From: Candidatus Poribacteria bacterium
GTDB taxonomy: Bacteria > Poribacteria > WGA-4E > UBA9662
Assembly (NCBI GenBank): GCA_046582655.1
Contig: JAYGDX010000029.1
Location: forward strand, 1 to 54,052
Length of the DNA: 54,052 nt
Direction: 5' to 3'
The notes beneath the pieces were generated by a model. That model did no database searches and was not told the origin of the DNA. It was given only the letters and a program-made list of their open reading frames with translations. Made by a program: the position numbers and the translations under genes. Below are positions 16,822 through 27,555 of the stretch, in pieces (positions within the stretch are counted from its first letter, which is position 1; every line of letters begins with the position of its first letter).

Positions 16822-17832
16822 TCATACTTGACTTTGGTCTAACATTTCCGCAATTTGAATCGTGTTTAAGGCAGCACCTTTCCTTAGGTTGTCCGCAACA
16901 ACCCACAGATTCAATCCGTTCTCAACCGACCTGTCTTCCCGTATTCGACCGACATATACTTGATCTGTGCCCGCAGCATCGACAGCAAGTGGATACTTTC
17001 GCTCGTTTGGATCATCGGTCACCACCACACCTGGTGCCTCAGAGAGGATCTGCCTTGCCTGATTGGCCGTAATGTTGTCTTCTGTTTCAATGTTGATGGA
17101 CTCAGAATGGGCGTAAAGCACAGGAACTCGAACTGTTGTGGCTGACACTCCAATTGAGTCATTTTCCAGAATCTTATGGGTTTCGTTAATCATCTTGACT
17201 TCTTCTTCATTGTCGCCGCTGTCAAGAAACGGCCAATCGAAAGCAACGTTAAAAGCCATCTGGTGTGGGAACTTCTCCAGTTTAATTTCACGCCCTTCCA
17301 ATGCAGAAATTGTTTGGTCGATCAGTTCATCAACGGCACTCCCACCCTTACCAGAAACACTCTGGTATGTCGAGACAACAATTCGCTTGAGTCCAACCTT
17401 ATCGTAAATAGGCTTAAGCGCAACAAGCATTTGAATAGTTGAGCAATTTGGATTCGCAATTAAGCCTTTATGGCGTAGTGCAGCCTGCATATTGACTTCA
17501 GGTATAATTAATGGCACGTTGAGATCCATGCGAAACGCGCTTGTGTTGTCAATAACAAGACACCCTTTTTCGACAGCGGTTGGGAGAAACTCTTTACTGA
17601 CGGAACCACCTGCAGATGCAAGCACAAGATCAACATCTTCAAATGATTGGTGAGTTAATTCTTCGACAACGATTGGTTCTTCTCCAAACTCTAAGACGTT
17701 ACCTGCCGATCGGTGAGAGGCAAGCAATTTGAGCGAAGCAACAGGGAAATTCCTTTCCTGTAAAAGTAACATCATCATTGCTCCAACGGCGCCAGTTGCT
17801 CCCATAATTGCAACCCGATATTCGCGGTTCAT
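16822..17832 (-). CDS. asd: aspartate-semialdehyde dehydrogenase
   Basis: GATGAVG, NPNCST, YQSVSG, RVPV..AHSE, DNLRKGAA; start set at ATG 17832 after SD GAGGTG. Confidence 0.97.
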   Translation of the reverse strand: MNREYRVAIMGATGAVGAMMMLLLQERNFPVASLKLLASHRSAGNVLEFGEEPIVVEELTHQSFEDVDLVLASAGGSVSKEFLPTAVEKGCLVIDNTSAFRMDLNVPLIIPEVNMQAALRHKGLIANPNCSTIQMLVALKPIYDKVGLKRIVVSTYQSVSGKGGSAVDELIDQTISALEGREIKLEKFPHQMAFNVAFDWPFLDSGDNEEEVKMINETHKILENDSIGVSATTVRVPVLYAHSESINIETEDNITANQARQILSEAPGVVVTDDPNERKYPLAVDAAGTDQVYVGRIREDRSVENGLNLWVVADNLRKGAALNTIQIAEMLDQSQV

Positions 17833-18054
17833 TTTCACCTCATACACTGTTAAAATCAATAAATTCGATTACCAATTTAATTTTAACACATGTTGAAAGC
17901 AAGGCGCAACGCAAACAGTATGCTGTTAGTTCCCAGCAAATACTTACAACTTTATTGAAAGATTGCATGGAATATAAACTAAAAATATTTACTATGATTT
18001 TAAAGACTAATCCGTTAAATCTGTCAGTAACGATAATAATGTACATGGTATAGT

Positions 18055-18233
18055 GTAATCCTATTCTTCCTAATGCTCCTGCTGCATGGCGACGGATATC
18101 TAGATTTTGATGCTGCAACTTTACTTACTAGTCTTTCAACCTTCTGTTCTGGATCTTCACATCCACTAATCCATATACTGACCAACACAACAGAAATAGA
18201 TATCACAATTGCAAAAAGGAAGACTCATAGCAT
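18055..18233 (-). pseudogene. fragment of a HEAT-repeat lipoprotein gene
   Basis: Lipobox ISGC, KVERLVSK then frameshift into LQHQNLDIRRHAAGALGRIG (HEAT), then truncated. Confidence 0.65.
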
Positions 18234-18450
18234 TTCAAACGCATTTAAATAACCCGAGCATGAAAGAGGGTGGGAAGTAACTTCTTGTACCCGATAGCAA
18301 AGCAACATCGGCAACTAACAATCGCTTGTTAGCAATGTAAATTTGGCTAATGTAATAGCAAGTTGACACAAATTCACCACAAATTACGTAATATATTTGT
18401 TACAATGCTACTATCGCACTTTTTCAGCAAATCATGGGATCTAATTTACG

Positions 18451-21400
18451 ATGTACTCTATTATTTGCAAGGTATTTCGAATCATGTCCCAAAATACCGT
18501 CCAAGTACAGTTTGAAAATATAATCGAGGAAACTAATTTGTTAGCTGAAAAACAATACGCCAATTCTCAAAGCCAAAATAGGATTCATACGAAGATGATG
18601 GCACACCTTCATTTTATGTACCATCACATTTCAGTAAAAATCTTACTGATGCTGCTTGTTAGCTGGACTTGTTTGGTGCCAGTCAATGCCGTACAAATAA
18701 CGGAGGTGATGTATAATCCGCCCAGCGAAGCTAAAACATCTAAAGAGGCGAAATCCTCGGTAGAAACCTCCACGAAAAGTAACGACACCGATTACGAGTT
18801 CATTGAACTCTATAACGAAAAAGCCGACCGGCTAGATCTCGGTCAGTGGCAGTTCACACGAGGCATCAAACTTCAGTTTTCAGAAGGAACGATTATTGAA
18901 CCGAGAACTTATTTCTTAGTCGCTAAAAACCCAGAAAAATTGAAGCAATGGTATGCCAAATCTTACGATTGGGTGATTGAAGGTCCCGTGTTCGGCCCCT
19001 TCCAAGGATCACTCAATAACCGAAAAGATCATTTGATACTGAGCGATCCAGCTGGTGGGTCAATTGTTGATTTCGCCTACAGTGATCGAGGGCAATGGCC
19101 AATGGCTGCAGACGGAACAGGACACACCTTAGCCAAAATTTCACCCCGATTACATCCCAATCGAGCCGAAAATTGGCGGTCAAGTACCAACATGGGTGGT
19201 ACTCCGGGGAAAGCAAATGGACCTTCTCACCTTCATCAGAATAAACATGATTTGGCTTCTGTTGTCATTAACGAAATTGCAATTTTTCCCGACCACAAGG
19301 ATCGTCGCAAGCCATCGCCTATTTCGATCGAAATCTATAATCCAACAGCGAATACCGTTGACATTAGTGGGTATTGGTTGAGCGACAACCCCACAAAGTT
19401 ACAGAAGTATCAGATTCCAGAAGGTACTCAAGTTTCTGCTGGCAACCATGTTGTTTTCAACTCCGACCAACTCAATTTCAAGCTCAACTTGAAAAACGAA
19501 CGCCTGTTCTTCACCAGTCCATCGGTTTCACACGTACTTGACGTCTGCCAATTCCAAAGGTCATCCACAGAATCCCATCTGAGCTGGGGACGTTATCCTG
19601 ATGGCATGAGTGAGTGGTACGTTATGCCCACATCGCTTAAAAAAGCCAACAAGGTCGAACTCAACACTAATATAGTCATCAACGAAATTATGTATCATCC
19701 TACTAACAGTTCAGCCAAAAGTGAGTACGTCGAACTCTATAATCGTGGGACGGAAGACACCGACCTTTCAGGATGGTCAATCACAGGCGGCATCTCTTTC
19801 AAGTTCCCAAAAAGAACGGCTCTTGCTTCCGACGCCTACTTGGTAGTGGCCAAAAATGCGAGTTGGCTTTGTTCGCAGTACGGTCTACCTGTCAATAAGG
19901 TGATTGGTAACTTCAAGCAAACACTCAGCAACAGCGAAGACAAGATACGCCTGGAAGATACTTTGGGCAACCAAGTGGATCAGGTACACTATTACGACGG
20001 AGACCATTGGCCTAAGTCGGCAGACGGTTACGGAACAAGTTTGGAGTTAATAAACCCCTACCAAGACAATGGCAATTATCAGGCATGGTCGGGCAGTGAC
20101 GAACGGGACAAAGCTGAGTGGCAGTATATCAGCTATACCCGAACCTGTACCCAATTCAGAGGCGAACAGGCGTGGCCCAAGTTTCACATGCACTTACAGG
20201 GGGCTGGGGAGGTTTTGATCGACGACATTCGCCTGACCTCGACTAACACCCCCTTCTTCGCTCGTTCCACACGTCGTCAAGGTGAGTGGATTGTCAACGG
20301 TTCGTTTGAGTATGGATTGGAAGATTGGGCCATCATTGGCACGCACATAGACAGCCACACGACCGCTGATGCGCCTCAACACGGTCGGAAAAATTTCAAA
20401 CTGGTTGCCGATGGCGCAGGAAATACGGGACCAAACCATGTTGAAATCCCATTAGAATCGGAACTAGAAGAGGGAACGGCGTATACTATCTCATTTTGGG
20501 CCAAGTGGCAAAAGGGAAACAATCTGCTGTTAACCAGATGCTCTGGCAACCAAATGGCGGAGATGCACCGGATTCCAATGTCCAAACGGGCGGGTACGCC
20601 AGGCGATAAAAATTCTGTCTATCAATCGCAAACAGGGCCAATTTTCAAGAATACAGTTCATGCACCGGTTGTCCCGATTGCAACAGATACGGTTACCGTC
20701 AGTGTTCAGGTTTCTGACCTAGACGGGATTTTGTCAGTGACATTATACTACAAGCCCGATAGAGCAACACAATCTTCATTGTTTGCTGATACCAAATCCC
20801 CTTTCAGTGTTACTTCATCGACTTATCAAGAGATACCGATGGTGTCAGATACTGAAGAGAAAAACGGCTACTACCACTATCGGGCGCAAATTCCAGCCCA
20901 TTCGGCATATCAGACAGTCGCCTTCTACATCCAAGCAACTGATAAAGCAGGGACAACGGGAACTTGGCCCAAGGACATTCGGTCACCAGGGCTATATCGT
21001 GTCGAGAAAAGCCGAGATCGGGTTAAGCCGGAGTTGCCAAGTTACCGAATTGTCATGCAAGGGGATGATGTGCAAGAGATCGAAAACCGTCCCTCTTTAA
21101 GTAATCAGATGATAAATGTCACCTTCATTTTTAACGAAACCGACATCTATTATCAAGTTGGTTGCCGGTGGACTGGTAGTCCATACCGACGAGGGAGAAG
21201 TGGATATCCAAGTGGCTATAAAATTCGTTTCCATGCCGATCAGAAGTTGAACGGTGTACAACAAACGGCGCGATTTGATCGCAACGACAATTCCCCTGAT
21301 GGCTATTACAACGAACGATTATCCTATTATCTGTTGCGCAAGATGCAGTTGCCGTCAAGCCAACAAGAATGGATCACCGTCCGCTTCAACAGTGACCAAG

Positions 21401-22356
21401 GACACCCGGTTTGGGAAGACATTCTGCCACCCAACAGCCGTTTCTTGTCAATTTTCTACCCAGGGGATGCTGGAGAACAGTTGTTCGAGGTAAGCTCACA
21501 TTTCGATTTTCGGGGTGACCCTGGAGACGTAGGTAACTTCGAGAGCAGGGGAGCTAATTTTCAATGGCTAGGTAGTGAGGATGCTAATCTGTATCGGTGG
21601 AATTACCAACCAAGGTCACGTGAAAGTGAAGAAGATTTTGACAATTTATTTGATCTGCTGAAAGTGATGAACCATGCACCTGATGATCAGTACGAAGAGA
21701 TCATGGACAAACATATTAACGTCGAACAGTGGGTGCGGATGATTGCCACTAGGGTGGTCGTTGGTGACTGGGACTTCATTGGTAACAGATCAGGTCAAAA
21801 TGCTTATTTGTATCGTCCCAGTAAAAGCAAAAGGTGGGAATTGCTCAGTTGGGACAACGAATGGGGTTATGGGCGTGCCAATATGTCGGTTTGGGCATCA
21901 AGTCCCATCATCCAGCGGTTCCAGAGAAGTCCCAAACACCAGCACCTCTATTTCGGTTTTATGCGAGAAATGATGAACAAATACTTTAACGTGGACTATC
22001 TGAAAACTCGGCTTCAACATTATCACCGGATAACTGGAGGCACATCACCAGAAAACCTGATCACGTTCATTCAAGATCGCACAGCCTACCTAAATCAGGT
22101 GATTCCGCAGGCAAAGCCAGAAATCACCCATATTCAGCGTAACGCGGACCTATTGATTCTCCAGGGCACAGCCCCCGTTGAAACTAAGTCAGTTCAGATT
22201 GCCCAAGCTGGTGAATCTGAGGTCAAATACGAACCACAATGGACTGGGGCTACAGAGTGGAAACTAGCATTACTTCACACGGTGAAACCTATCCACCTTA
22301 AGTTCCTCGATTACGATGGTCAACTAATTGGCGCTGAACACAAGCTGGATCAATAG
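18451..22356 (+). CDS. lamin-tail-domain x3, carbohydrate-binding-like and CotH kinase protein (secreted)
   Basis: ITEVMYNP..EFIELYN, VINEI..IEIYN, VINEIMYHP..EYVELYN; IVNGSFE; CotH-like GDWD, NAYLY, WDNE; signal peptide suggests a real start near 18600. Confidence 0.88.
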   Translation: MYSIICKVFRIMSQNTVQVQFENIIEETNLLAEKQYANSQSQNRIHTKMMAHLHFMYHHISVKILLMLLVSWTCLVPVNAVQITEVMYNPPSEAKTSKEAKSSVETSTKSNDTDYEFIELYNEKADRLDLGQWQFTRGIKLQFSEGTIIEPRTYFLVAKNPEKLKQWYAKSYDWVIEGPVFGPFQGSLNNRKDHLILSDPAGGSIVDFAYSDRGQWPMAADGTGHTLAKISPRLHPNRAENWRSSTNMGGTPGKANGPSHLHQNKHDLASVVINEIAIFPDHKDRRKPSPISIEIYNPTANTVDISGYWLSDNPTKLQKYQIPEGTQVSAGNHVVFNSDQLNFKLNLKNERLFFTSPSVSHVLDVCQFQRSSTESHLSWGRYPDGMSEWYVMPTSLKKANKVELNTNIVINEIMYHPTNSSAKSEYVELYNRGTEDTDLSGWSITGGISFKFPKRTALASDAYLVVAKNASWLCSQYGLPVNKVIGNFKQTLSNSEDKIRLEDTLGNQVDQVHYYDGDHWPKSADGYGTSLELINPYQDNGNYQAWSGSDERDKAEWQYISYTRTCTQFRGEQAWPKFHMHLQGAGEVLIDDIRLTSTNTPFFARSTRRQGEWIVNGSFEYGLEDWAIIGTHIDSHTTADAPQHGRKNFKLVADGAGNTGPNHVEIPLESELEEGTAYTISFWAKWQKGNNLLLTRCSGNQMAEMHRIPMSKRAGTPGDKNSVYQSQTGPIFKNTVHAPVVPIATDTVTVSVQVSDLDGILSVTLYYKPDRATQSSLFADTKSPFSVTSSTYQEIPMVSDTEEKNGYYHYRAQIPAHSAYQTVAFYIQATDKAGTTGTWPKDIRSPGLYRVEKSRDRVKPELPSYRIVMQGDDVQEIENRPSLSNQMINVTFIFNETDIYYQVGCRWTGSPYRRGRSGYPSGYKIRFHADQKLNGVQQTARFDRNDNSPDGYYNERLSYYLLRKMQLPSSQQEWITVRFNSDQGHPVWEDILPPNSRFLSIFYPGDAGEQLFEVSSHFDFRGDPGDVGNFESRGANFQWLGSEDANLYRWNYQPRSRESEEDFDNLFDLLKVMNHAPDDQYEEIMDKHINVEQWVRMIATRVVVGDWDFIGNRSGQNAYLYRPSKSKRWELLSWDNEWGYGRANMSVWASSPIIQRFQRSPKHQHLYFGFMREMMNKYFNVDYLKTRLQHYHRITGGTSPENLITFIQDRTAYLNQVIPQAKPEITHIQRNADLLILQGTAPVETKSVQIAQAGESEVKYEPQWTGATEWKLALLHTVKPIHLKFLDYDGQLIGAEHKLDQ

Positions 22357-22364
22357 GAGAAACC

Positions 22365-25300
22365 ATGATATTCAACACCCAATCCATCAGTATCCAATTC
22401 GCTAGACGACAACTCGCTCTGTTGCCAATCGGCAAGCTATTTCAGATCTTTCTGGTTCTCGGGTTAGTTCAATTGAGCAATATTGGTTTGGTTAAAGCTG
22501 GCACTTCAAACCTAACCGAAAACGTTAAACTGCAATATAGAGCAGAGCTCGATTGTCGATTCGTGGACGAAAACCTGACCTTGGTCCTGGTCTATGAAGT
22601 TGATTCATATTTGTTATCGGGGACACGCTACGATGTCCTTCAATCAAAGCTCAAATTGGCCACAAGTGGCGATCGTGATGTGACCAAAACCTATCAAGCT
22701 GACTTTGGTTCATCTGACTTAGAGGGGCAGTTCATGATTGCCTATCAATCGAGAGTTTCCAATGAGAAGACACCTATTCAAGGTTTGTCATCGTCTGAAG
22801 CAATTTGGGCTTTCTCGACCACATCAACGGCTTTCAAGGTTCCGCTAAGCTTCATTGTGGCTTCAACTTTAACTGAAGTTGGAGACAAGCAGCAGTTTGA
22901 TCATCCCTCTATTGGTCAATGGGAGATAGTGATTGAAGACGTCATTGCTAATCAACAAAAAGGCTCAGTGACAGGTTGGTTGCGCGGACCAGATGGGGCT
23001 ACAATGACGATTACGGATGGTCGTTTCCATACTACGAGAGTTGCTAATCATCCCGGCAGAAATTTGGAGACAACCATTTCATTGAATTTGGAGGCTACCT
23101 TGCCAGAACCTCCCGTCGAAGTTAGTGCCGAAGAGGTGATGGCCGATTTGTGGTTCGATGAATTAGATGCCCCCAGCGATGCTGATGAAATCGAGATTTT
23201 GGATCAGGACTCATCTGGACCATCAGAAGTTTACCAAATCGAAATTACCTACAATAGTGAATTGGTCGATCAAATTGCCCTAACTCAAGAAGAGGCTGAT
23301 GCTGCCCAGCAACTCTTACAACAGGTTGAGCTAGCCAAACACACTTTGGTTGAGGCCTATTTAGAGGAAGATGATCGTTCCGTGGACACGCAACTTTCTG
23401 TTTCGTTGGGTGATTCGACACAACCGTCCATTCTGTCACCCTTGTTATCCGATTTAAGCTCAGTACTAACACAATTGAGGCCAAGATCCAAATCACTGAC
23501 ACAAGTGCCGGGTACAAACACCAACGTGCCAGAAGCGTCCAATGACGCTGTCGATCAGCCTGGCGATTCCAATGCACTTTTGTTGTCACACATGGCCTTT
23601 GTCGCCTCGCCTATAGAGGGAGAAAATGATGTCATTTTGAGTTGGCAACCACCACACCCTGATACTAGAGTGCAAGGCTACGAAGTTTTGGTTAATGGTG
23701 AAGTAATAGACCATATTGATAATCCAGATGAAGTGGAGTTCTACCATTATGATCTGATACCGAATGCTCAGATTACATATCAGGTTCGGGTTATGACTAA
23801 GGCCAATGCGAGAGAATTAGCCGAATCGGCCATCACTGGCGAAATTATGGTCGTCGTTGGTACAGACACAACCCCACCATTGCCACCAGAATCGATGGAG
23901 GAAGGTATTCCATTCGAGAAGGGGGAGCCATCAAACGAAGTTTACAAGATATCGGACAGACTGATCACTTGGGAATCGAGCCCATCGGGAGACACTGTTT
24001 TTTACCAAATCAGACGAGGGGATACGGTCTTGGCTACCATTCCGGCCGATGAAAACCAGTACTTTGACAACCAAGGCGATTTTTCCCAAGAATATGCTGT
24101 TTATGCTATTGATGATGGCGGTAACCAGTCAGATAAACCAGAAGATAATAAAGGTGATTGGGGGGCTATGTTTGAGCAATTGGAGCGATACACTCGTGAC
24201 GGTGAGTTGGGGAAATTCATCACCGCGTCCGAACGTCTCATGGCCAACGTTCCCTTTCCTGGCATTGCCCAGCATTTGCGTGATAGGCTAATCGAAACTT
24301 TTTCGTCTCACCAAGAGCTACCAAAGCTAATAACTGTGTATGCTTCTGCGGTGGAAAGCGAGGAAAACTCGGGTGAAACCAACTCCGACCAGTTGAGGCA
24401 CTATCGGTTGACGTTAGCTGCTGCCTGCCTAGTTGCTGACCAAGCGGACCGCGCAATTGAAGCCTATCAGAAACTCTTGGTCAATGCTGATGATTCCGAG
24501 CGAATAGAACTCTCGTCTAATCTGGCACAAGCGTACCAGAAGAAGGGGGATGCACAACAGGCTATCGCTATCCTAGCTTCAACCATTGAAGAGCAACCTA
24601 ACCATTATGGTCTTTACAGACAATTGGCCGAGGCATATGCCGATTTGGAAATGATGCCCAAAGTCCAAGAAGTCGCCCGGCAACTGCAACAGGTGCTTGA
24701 TCGCATCGACAAATCGAATAGAAGCGATCGCAGAAGATCTTTTGGCGACAGGCACGAAGATATCTTTTCAGCCCTTGGACAGATTTACATGATGGCCAAG
24801 GATTACGACCGTTCAGTTGCCACCTTCAAAAGGGGCATCTTTGACACCCGCAATCGGGATTTGATTAATTCATTAGCCGATAGCTATCAAGCCGCAGGCC
24901 AAACTGAGACTGCTGAGCAGATTCGAGCTTCAACCCCGTCAGACGAAGAAGGGGATCGACGAGAGAGGAATTCTCGTCGATCCGAAGGGACTATCCCAGA
25001 CACACCGATGGTCGATGTCAATGGGGACGAAATTTGGTTGTCCGACTTCTCAGACAAAATTGTAATCCTTCACTTTTTCTCTCCCGACCAATCTGAGATC
25101 AATCTGCAAACGCTGACCCAATTTTTTCAAGATAAGAAGGGTAGCTTACAGGTGGTTGGTATTACGGGAGACCATTTGACTGGGGAAGACCGCTCCGCTA
25201 GCAAGATAGAGAATCTGGGAGAGATCAACTTTCCTGTGGTTCGATTCAATCAAGCTGAGTGGGATCTGTTCGAGTTTGCGGTTGGTTTCCCGATTAAGAC

Positions 25301-25886
25301 TGTTCCCACCACACTAACGGTCATTGGCAATGGTTTGTTAGTTGATCAGAAGCATTATGCCGATTTGTCGGCCAGAACGTTGCAAGACCTGGTTAAATTA
25401 ACTCGGCATAGAAGAAGTAGTCTGGATCGTGACCCCAACGTCTTGTGGGCAGATCGAGTGGTAAAATTTAGCAGCCAATACTCCGACACCGATTGGTCGG
25501 CAGACCAAGTGCTTGGGTCCCCCGATACCTATCCAGCCCATGGTGACCGCCCAACCGCTTGGTCTCCTGGAGTAAACGATGACAACCACACTGAATTTAT
25601 TCAGGTTGGTTTTGAGTCTCCAACCCGCATGGAGGGATTGAAGGTTTATGAGACGTGTAACCCGGGCGCAATTGTGCAGATTGTAGTCATTGATGAAACG
25701 GGTCGACGTCATTCGCTGTGGCAACCAGAAAGGCCCGAAACCACCTCTGTGAAAAAACGAGTTTTTCGAATTCAACTTCCACCTACGACGTACAAAGTTG
25801 ATATGGTGGAGATTCATCTAGAACCTCAAGCTAATTCTGGTTGGAACCAGATCGACGCCATTGGGCTTCTTTATCCGCAAGATTAA
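22365..25886 (+). CDS. secreted multidomain protein: Fn3, TPR, thioredoxin-like fold, pappalysin-type jelly roll
   Basis: SD AGGAG; VILSWQPP...GYEVLVNG; TPR helices; DVNGDEIWLSDF..KIVILHFF; WA..V..FSSQY...WSA.QVLG.PDTYP..GD..TAW. Confidence 0.8.
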   Translation: MIFNTQSISIQFARRQLALLPIGKLFQIFLVLGLVQLSNIGLVKAGTSNLTENVKLQYRAELDCRFVDENLTLVLVYEVDSYLLSGTRYDVLQSKLKLATSGDRDVTKTYQADFGSSDLEGQFMIAYQSRVSNEKTPIQGLSSSEAIWAFSTTSTAFKVPLSFIVASTLTEVGDKQQFDHPSIGQWEIVIEDVIANQQKGSVTGWLRGPDGATMTITDGRFHTTRVANHPGRNLETTISLNLEATLPEPPVEVSAEEVMADLWFDELDAPSDADEIEILDQDSSGPSEVYQIEITYNSELVDQIALTQEEADAAQQLLQQVELAKHTLVEAYLEEDDRSVDTQLSVSLGDSTQPSILSPLLSDLSSVLTQLRPRSKSLTQVPGTNTNVPEASNDAVDQPGDSNALLLSHMAFVASPIEGENDVILSWQPPHPDTRVQGYEVLVNGEVIDHIDNPDEVEFYHYDLIPNAQITYQVRVMTKANARELAESAITGEIMVVVGTDTTPPLPPESMEEGIPFEKGEPSNEVYKISDRLITWESSPSGDTVFYQIRRGDTVLATIPADENQYFDNQGDFSQEYAVYAIDDGGNQSDKPEDNKGDWGAMFEQLERYTRDGELGKFITASERLMANVPFPGIAQHLRDRLIETFSSHQELPKLITVYASAVESEENSGETNSDQLRHYRLTLAAACLVADQADRAIEAYQKLLVNADDSERIELSSNLAQAYQKKGDAQQAIAILASTIEEQPNHYGLYRQLAEAYADLEMMPKVQEVARQLQQVLDRIDKSNRSDRRRSFGDRHEDIFSALGQIYMMAKDYDRSVATFKRGIFDTRNRDLINSLADSYQAAGQTETAEQIRASTPSDEEGDRRERNSRRSEGTIPDTPMVDVNGDEIWLSDFSDKIVILHFFSPDQSEINLQTLTQFFQDKKGSLQVVGITGDHLTGEDRSASKIENLGEINFPVVRFNQAEWDLFEFAVGFPIKTVPTTLTVIGNGLLVDQKHYADLSARTLQDLVKLTRHRRSSLDRDPNVLWADRVVKFSSQYSDTDWSADQVLGSPDTYPAHGDRPTAWSPGVNDDNHTEFIQVGFESPTRMEGLKVYETCNPGAIVQIVVIDETGRRHSLWQPERPETTSVKKRVFRIQLPPTTYKVDMVEIHLEPQANSGWNQIDAIGLLYPQD

Positions 25887-25913
25887 GCTTCATCCTGCAA
25901 ATGCATTCGCCTC

Positions 25914-26961
25914 TTACTCATCCCAACTAGCGATGAAATTGTTGACACCGAAATCAACTGGCATTTCGTAAAAAAAGTACTTCATCGGACCGCTCTGAAA
26001 TAGTGGTTCGTACTGCTCATTATCTGATTGCAGTTTGCTATCGAGCACCACAAATCGACGCCAGAGTTGTTCTAATTCGCTGGCTGTAAATCGATCTGCC
26101 ACACTTTGGATACATGGATCATTTGCATGATCCTCTGCTTCAGAATCTTTGTATTTGCGAATCAAGTAAGCAATCTTTGACAGGACAACCAAGGTTGTCA
26201 TCCGTGCGTGTTCGCTGCAATGAATCCAATTCAGTCCGTTTTCAAAGGCAAGTTTGTCCTTTTCGAGGATTGCGCGTAGTATGAATGCAACATCATTATG
26301 TCGTTTGGTGTGGAGTTTCTCAAAATAATGGCATCTCTCGGTCGCCCACGACTTAAGATGCTCCACGAAATGAATCCCCATCGTGGCGGGAAGAAAGAAG
26401 TGAGTAAATCCCCTACCTCCGAAGGCTTGGTATCCCAAGTGGAATGTTCTCCGCTTGTTGTCACCGTTCAGCGTGGCACTATGGAGGATTGCGTTAATGT
26501 AAACCACGCCGTCGCCAGCCTTGAGGTCCACAGAGATAGCACCCGGTAGAGGGACAACCCCGAAGCGGCGTTCGACTTTTCTTTCAGCGTTGTTATTACG
26601 CCTTAAGTGACTTTCGGGAATCACATGCAGATAGTTGTCATCATAAAGTGCTATATTCCACTGCACATAGGGTGGCCCGTTGCTCTCGATATCTTCTTGT
26701 AACCCGTCAAGTGGCGCCATGTCGATTGGATGTATGTCTCGATGCCAGCCTGTGCCCGAAGAGAAAAGCACCCACATTCCCAGTCTGCTTGTCGACCCAG
26801 TCAGTCATGGTCACCCTTCCCGAAGAGACTTTCGCTTTTTCTACAATGGCGTCAACACTTACACGTAACGTTTCTAATTCGTCGGGCCGAATCATTTCGC
26901 GCAGGATGACGTATCCGTCCCGCATGAGTTGTTGTCTTTGCTGATCGATGTTCGGTCTCAT
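25914..26961 (-). pseudogene. PhyH-family dioxygenase, frameshifted and probably internally deleted
   Basis: RDGYVILREMI in one frame; GWHRD, IPESH, AGDGVVY...LHS in another; break near 26780. Confidence 0.75.
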
Positions 26962-27074
26962 AGTTCTCTCCTTAGAGAAGATTACGTTAAAGTGCACCAC
27001 ACTTTTTAGATACCAACTTGTTCAACATTCACGTATTAGGACTCTTTCTTCTGGTCGGCCACCAAACACACTTT

Positions 27075-27480
27075 TCCGAGCTTTCCCTTGATCAGTATGG
27101 ATTCTGGTGATGTCCGAAGAATTGTAGTGTTTCTGTTGATGCTCCTCCGTAGAGAGTGGAACGTCTACGCGAAAACTCTCAACAACAGTTATCTCCACAA
27201 TTCACCTCTTCCTAATCTTCCTATGGCAGAATTCCTGCAGGTAACGCTCATTTGTTCCAACGATTCCACAATTCATATGATCAGGACCCAGACGGCAATA
27301 CAACCTGTGGAATACTTCGTATGTACCACCGTGCCGAATACTGCGATGGCACCCAACAGGTGGAGACTCACCGTATAAGTCAGATCCGAAGTGGAAAGGT
27401 TATCTCAGGAGTGACAGGATGTTCGATGGTGAAGCGCTAGCTTGTGCTAACAGAGAATGCCACATCCCATCCCATCGGGA
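27075..27480 (+). mobile_element. possible highly degraded DDE transposase remnant
   Basis: Across shifts reads YFVCT...YK.RSEVERLSQE*, resembling the Y..RW.IE..F motif of IS4-like enzymes. Confidence 0.25.
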
Positions 27481-27555
27481 GATAGCCTCCACAGCTATCA
27501 TATCCCGAAAATGAACGTTATTTCTTAACCAATTCCTAATATAATCTAACCAAAG

